64,000 nucleotides of DNA from an uncultured delta proteobacterium (lineage in GTDB: Bacteria; Myxococcota; Myxococcia; Myxococcales; Myxococcaceae). Both the position numbers and the translations under genes were made by a program. The stretch lies in contig CAVZMH010000016.1 of NCBI GenBank assembly GCA_963776345.1, forward strand, positions 416,001 to 480,000, read 5' to 3'. Positions 60,125-64,000 of the stretch are shown one piece after another (within the stretch, counting starts at the first letter, position 1; each line of letters begins with the position of its first letter). The notes beneath the pieces were generated by a model. The model saw only the letters and a list, made by a program, of their open reading frames with translations, made no database searches and had not been told where the DNA came from.

Positions 60125-61645
60125 ATGACGGACCGGCGATTGCTCCTGGATGGCGACACGCTGAGCCTGGAGGAGATCCGCGACGTGGCCCGCGGTGACT
60201 GCCACGTTGCGCTCGCGCCCGAGGCCCTGGCTCGGGTGGAGCGGGCCCGGGCCCTGGTGGACCGGGTCGCCGCAGGCGAGGCCCCCGCCTACGGCATCAA
60301 CACCGGCTTCGGCACCCTGGCCGAGGTGCGCATCGACCGGAAGGATCTCCGCACCCTCCAGCGAAACCTCCTCCTGTCCCACGCGGCGGGGGTGGGGACG
60401 CCGCTGCCCATCCCCGAGGCGCGGGCGCTGCTCCTCCTCCGCTGCAACGTGCTCGCCAAGGGGCACTCCGGCATCCGGTCCCGCACGCTCCAGCTTGCGC
60501 TCGACATGCTGAACCGCGGCGTCATCCCGGTCGTCCCCGAGCGCGGCAGCGTGGGAGCCTCCGGAGATCTCGCGCCGCTCGCCCACCTGGCGCTGGTGCT
60601 CATCGGCGAGGGCGAGGCGTTCCTCGGCGGCGAGCGTCTCCCCGGACGCGCCGCGCTCGCCCGCGCCGGGCTGGAGCCGGTGGTGCTGGAGGCCAAGGAG
60701 GGCCTCGCCCTGGTGAACGGGACCCAGGCGATGTGCGCCGTCGGCGCCCTGGCGCTGCTCCGGAGCGAGGCGCTGGCCGAGACCGCGGACCTCGCCGGGG
60801 CCATGACCCTCGAGGGCCTGCTGGGGAGCCACCGCCCGTTCCTTGCGCCCATCCACGCCGTGCGGCCCCACCCGGGCCAGGTGGCGGTCGCCGACCATCT
60901 CCGGACGCTGCTCCGGGACTCGGAGATCGTCGAGAGCCACGCGGACTGCTCCAAGGTCCAGGACCCCTACTCGCTGCGCTGTATGCCCCAGGTGCACGGG
61001 GCCGTCCGCGACGGGCTCCAGCACGCCCGGAGGGTCCTCTCCATCGAGGTGAACTCGGCCACCGACAACCCGCTGGTCTTCCCCGGCGAGGACCTCATCG
61101 TCTCCGGGGGCAACTTCCACGGCCAGCCGGTCTCGCTGGCCCTGGACGTGCTGGCCATCGCCTGCACCCAGCTCGCCGCCATCAGCGAGCGGCGGGTGGA
61201 GCAGCTGGTCAACCCGGCGCTGAGCGGGCTCCCGCCCTTCCTGGCGAAGAACTCGGGTCTCAACTCCGGGTTCATGATCGCCCAGGTCACCTCGGCTGCG
61301 CTGGTCGCCGAGTCGCGCGTGCTGAGCCACCCGGCCTCGGTCGACTCCATCCCCTCCTCGGCCGGACGCGAGGACCACGTGAGCATGGGGATGACCGCCG
61401 CCCTCAAGGCCCGCCAGGTGGTGGACTTCACCCGGAGCTGCCTCGCGGTGGAGGTGCTGGTCGCCGCGCAGGCGCTGGACTTCCGCAAGCCGCTGCGCGC
61501 CGGACGGGGCGTGGCCGCGGCCCACGCCAGGGTCCGCGAGGTCGTCCCGTCCATGGAGGAGGACCGGGAGATCCACCGCGACATCGAGGCGGTCTCGGCG
61601 CTCATCGACTCGGGGGCGCTCCTGGCCGCGGCCCACGCCGCATGA
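60125..61645 (+). CDS. hutH: Histidine ammonia-lyase
   Basis: [29 protein letters not shown] (MIO), [25 protein letters not shown]. Confidence 0.95.
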   Translation: MTDRRLLLDGDTLSLEEIRDVARGDCHVALAPEALARVERARALVDRVAAGEAPAYGINTGFGTLAEVRIDRKDLRTLQRNLLLSHAAGVGTPLPIPEARALLLLRCNVLAKGHSGIRSRTLQLALDMLNRGVIPVVPERGSVGASGDLAPLAHLALVLIGEGEAFLGGERLPGRAALARAGLEPVVLEAKEGLALVNGTQAMCAVGALALLRSEALAETADLAGAMTLEGLLGSHRPFLAPIHAVRPHPGQVAVADHLRTLLRDSEIVESHADCSKVQDPYSLRCMPQVHGAVRDGLQHARRVLSIEVNSATDNPLVFPGEDLIVSGGNFHGQPVSLALDVLAIACTQLAAISERRVEQLVNPALSGLPPFLAKNSGLNSGFMIAQVTSAALVAESRVLSHPASVDSIPSSAGREDHVSMGMTAALKARQVVDFTRSCLAVEVLVAAQALDFRKPLRAGRGVAAAHARVREVVPSMEEDREIHRDIEAVSALIDSGALLAAAHAA

Positions 61646-64000
61646 CCGCTCCTCCCGAGCGCGAGGCGCCGCCCGCGCGACCGACCGGCCCCCCCGAGAG
61701 CGAGGCGCCGGAGGTGCGCGCCCGCATCGCCGCGCTGGAGCGCGAGGCCAGGGCACTGGAACCGGACCCGCGGAGCGCCCGGCTGTACCACGAGCTGGGC
61801 CTGCTCTGGGAACGCCCGCTCGGGAACCTCCGCGCCGCCGCCGCCGCCTTCCAGGCCGCGTACCGCCTCGCGCCCCGGTTCGTGGAGAACCTCCGCTCGG
61901 CGCGGCGCATCTTCTCCGACGTCGGCAACTGGCCGATGGTGCTCCAGCTGCTCGACGCAGAGCTGGCGGCCACCGAGGGCGCCCGGCCCCGCGCTGCGCT
62001 GCTCTTCGAGAAGGCGGAGGTGCTGGCCGACCGGCTCGATCGCTGGGGCGAGGCCACCGAGGTGCTCGCCGCGGCGCTGGAGCTCGAGCCCGCGGACCTC
62101 GGGCTCCTGGTCCAGGCCGAGGGGATGCTCGCCGCGCACGGCGACGTGGCCGGGCTGCTCCGGGTGCAGATCCTCCTCGCCCGGGCGCTCGCCGACCCGC
62201 AGCTCGCGGCCCACGCGCTCCAGACCGCCGCCGCGCTCCACGAGCGGCTCGGGCAGCACCCGGAGGCGCTGGTCCGCTGGCACGAGGCCTTCGCCCTGGA
62301 CCGGAGGGACCCCGTCACCCTTGGCGCGCTCCGCCGGGCCGCCCAGACGGCCGGTGACGACGAGGCGCTGATCGCCGTGCTGGCCGCCGAGGCGGAGCTG
62401 GGCGGCCCGACCTCGGTCCCGGCCTACACCGCGCTCGCCCGCGCCTACGTGCGCCAGGAGCGGCCGGAGGACGCCGTCGCCGCGCTCAACGCCGCCCGCC
62501 ACCAGAACCCGGCCGACTCCGCGGTGCTCACCGCGCTCGCCGCCCTGCACGAGTCGCTCGAGCGACCCGAGGAGCTCGCCGACGTGCTGGCCTCGCTCGC
62601 CGAGTCGGTCCGCGACGAGCGCGAGTGGCTCACCGTGCAGCTGCGGCTCACCTCGCTGCTCGAGGACACCCTCCATCGCGACTCGCAGGCGGTGGAGCGC
62701 TACGAGGCCGTGCTGGCCCGGGTTCCGGGACATCCGGCCGCGCTCGCCGGGCTCGGGCGGCTGCACGCCAAGACCCAGGACTGGCCGGCCCTGGTCGCGG
62801 TGTACGACGCCGAGCTGGCCGGGGTGGGAGACCCGCGGACCCGGGCCGAGCTCCACTTCCGCTCCGCGGAGATCCTCGACGGCCGTCTGCACCGGACGGA
62901 CGAGGCGCTGGCCCGCTTCCGCGAGGCGCTCCAGCTCGTCCCCGGCTATCTCCCCGCGCGGCAGGGCCTGGAGCGGGTGCTGCGGCGCGAGCAGCGCTGG
63001 ACCGAGCTCATCGCCCTCCACGAGGAGGAGCTGCTCTCCATCACCTCCCCGGCGGAGGGAGTGGCCGCGCTGGGCCGCATCGCGCAGGAGGCCGAGGAGC
63101 ACCTCGGGAACCTCGACCTCGCGTCGGACGCGCTCCGGCGGGCGCTGGACCTCGCCTCGGACCACCTCCCGTCGCTGGTCCACCTGGCCCGGCTCGCCGA
63201 GCGGCGCGAGGCCTGGGACGAGCTGGTGCCCCTGCTCGAGCGCCAGGCCGAGCTGTCCTCGGAGCCGGCCCACGCCATCGCCCTGCGGCACCGGGCCGCG
63301 CAGGTCCTCGAGGAGCGCCTCGACGACGTGGGCGCCGCCATCGCCGCGCTCGAGCGGCTCCTCTCCGCCGACCCCACCTACCTCCCCGCGCTCCAGACCC
63401 TCGGCCGGCTCTACGCGCGCGACGGCCGGTGGAAGGAGCTCGGCCAGATGTACCGCCGCGAGGCCACACTGGCAGGGGCCTCGCGGGCAGCGCAGCTCTG
63501 GGCCCGCATCGCCGACCTCGAGGAGTCCCGCCTCCTCGACCTCGACGCCGCCCGCGCCGCCTGGGACGAGGTGCTGCGGCGCGACCCCGATCACGGCGCC
63601 GCGCTCCGGGCCCTCTCGCGCATCCAGCGCGGCCAGGGAGACTGGGCCGGGCTGGTGAGCACCCTCGAGCGGATGGCCCAGGCGCGGACCGACCCGCGCG
63701 CCCGGGCCGACGCGCTGTTCGAGGTCGCCACCCTGCAGCTCGACGCCCTCGCCGACCGCGAGGCGGCCGCGGCGACGCTGGACGCGGTGCTGAGGCTCGC
63801 CCCGGACCACATCCCCGCGCTCCGCGAGCTCGAGGCGCTCGTCGGCCGCGAGCGCGGACCGGGGGCGCTCCAGCCGCTCGAGCGGGCCACGGTGGCCGGG
63901 AGCCCCGGGGAGCGGCTCGCGGCGCGGCTCCGGCTGGCCCACGCGCTCCTCGCCGCCGGTCAGCTCGACCGCTCCGCCGCCGTGGCCGAGTCGGCGCTCG
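61642..64000 (+). CDS. Large myxobacterial-type TPR protein, 3' truncated by the window edge
   Basis: ATGA overlap with hutH; frame MTAPPERE...[21 protein letters not shown]... with repeated TPR-like helices; absent from the ORF track, consistent with no stop before the edge. Confidence 0.8.
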   Translation, partial: MTAPPEREAPPARPTGPPESEAPEVRARIAALEREARALEPDPRSARLYHELGLLWERPLGNLRAAAAAFQAAYRLAPRFVENLRSARRIFSDVGNWPMVLQLLDAELAATEGARPRAALLFEKAEVLADRLDRWGEATEVLAAALELEPADLGLLVQAEGMLAAHGDVAGLLRVQILLARALADPQLAAHALQTAAALHERLGQHPEALVRWHEAFALDRRDPVTLGALRRAAQTAGDDEALIAVLAAEAELGGPTSVPAYTALARAYVRQERPEDAVAALNAARHQNPADSAVLTALAALHESLERPEELADVLASLAESVRDEREWLTVQLRLTSLLEDTLHRDSQAVERYEAVLARVPGHPAALAGLGRLHAKTQDWPALVAVYDAELAGVGDPRTRAELHFRSAEILDGRLHRTDEALARFREALQLVPGYLPARQGLERVLRREQRWTELIALHEEELLSITSPAEGVAALGRIAQEAEEHLGNLDLASDALRRALDLASDHLPSLVHLARLAERREAWDELVPLLERQAELSSEPAHAIALRHRAAQVLEERLDDVGAAIAALERLLSADPTYLPALQTLGRLYARDGRWKELGQMYRREATLAGASRAAQLWARIADLEESRLLDLDAARAAWDEVLRRDPDHGAALRALSRIQRGQGDWAGLVSTLERMAQARTDPRARADALFEVATLQLDALADREAAAATLDAVLRLAPDHIPALRELEALVGRERGPGALQPLERATVAGSPGERLAARLRLAHALLAAGQLDRSAAVAESAL

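Overview
Very GC-rich bacterial chromosomal segment. Gene content (lidless Hsp70 paralogue, zinc-ribbon/TPR proteins, Cys-rich lipoproteins, clade II nos) suggests a Myxococcota, Anaeromyxobacter/Myxococcales-like organism; this is an inference. 1-21 kb is housekeeping: menaquinone-related menF-like/DAHP synthase/menG, pyrB-pyrC-carA, lepA-lepB, sugar-nucleotide enzymes, SPOR, lapB, HIT, sppA, mnmA, cca, mlaC. 21-53 kb is an accessory-looking block with tRNA-Arg(CCT), a complete clade II nitrous oxide reductase operon (nosZ-D-F-L-Y-B-orf-rrf2) transcribed divergently from cytochrome c-fasciclin-ric, DUF3300-DUF2950-GH13, cysteine synthase-rhodanese, an atypical tRNA, cytochrome c peroxidase and tRNA-Val(CAC). 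53-64 kb holds SCP2, Hsp70, NlpC/P60, a zinc-ribbon protein, comEA-like, lysC, hutH and a truncated large TPR gene. At least seven genes carry frameshifts, several in homopolymer runs, which most likely reflect assembly errors. Most notable: (i) a tRNA gene with Leu-type structural elements but a CGG (Pro) anticodon; (ii) the nos divergon, with paired TGGA-N8-TCCA palindromes, a sigma54-like site, its own Rrf2 regulator, a relocated nosB and an uncharacterised secreted protein; (iii) two families of intergenic repeats (REP-like and MITE-like). All calls come from motif recognition by eye; no searches were run.
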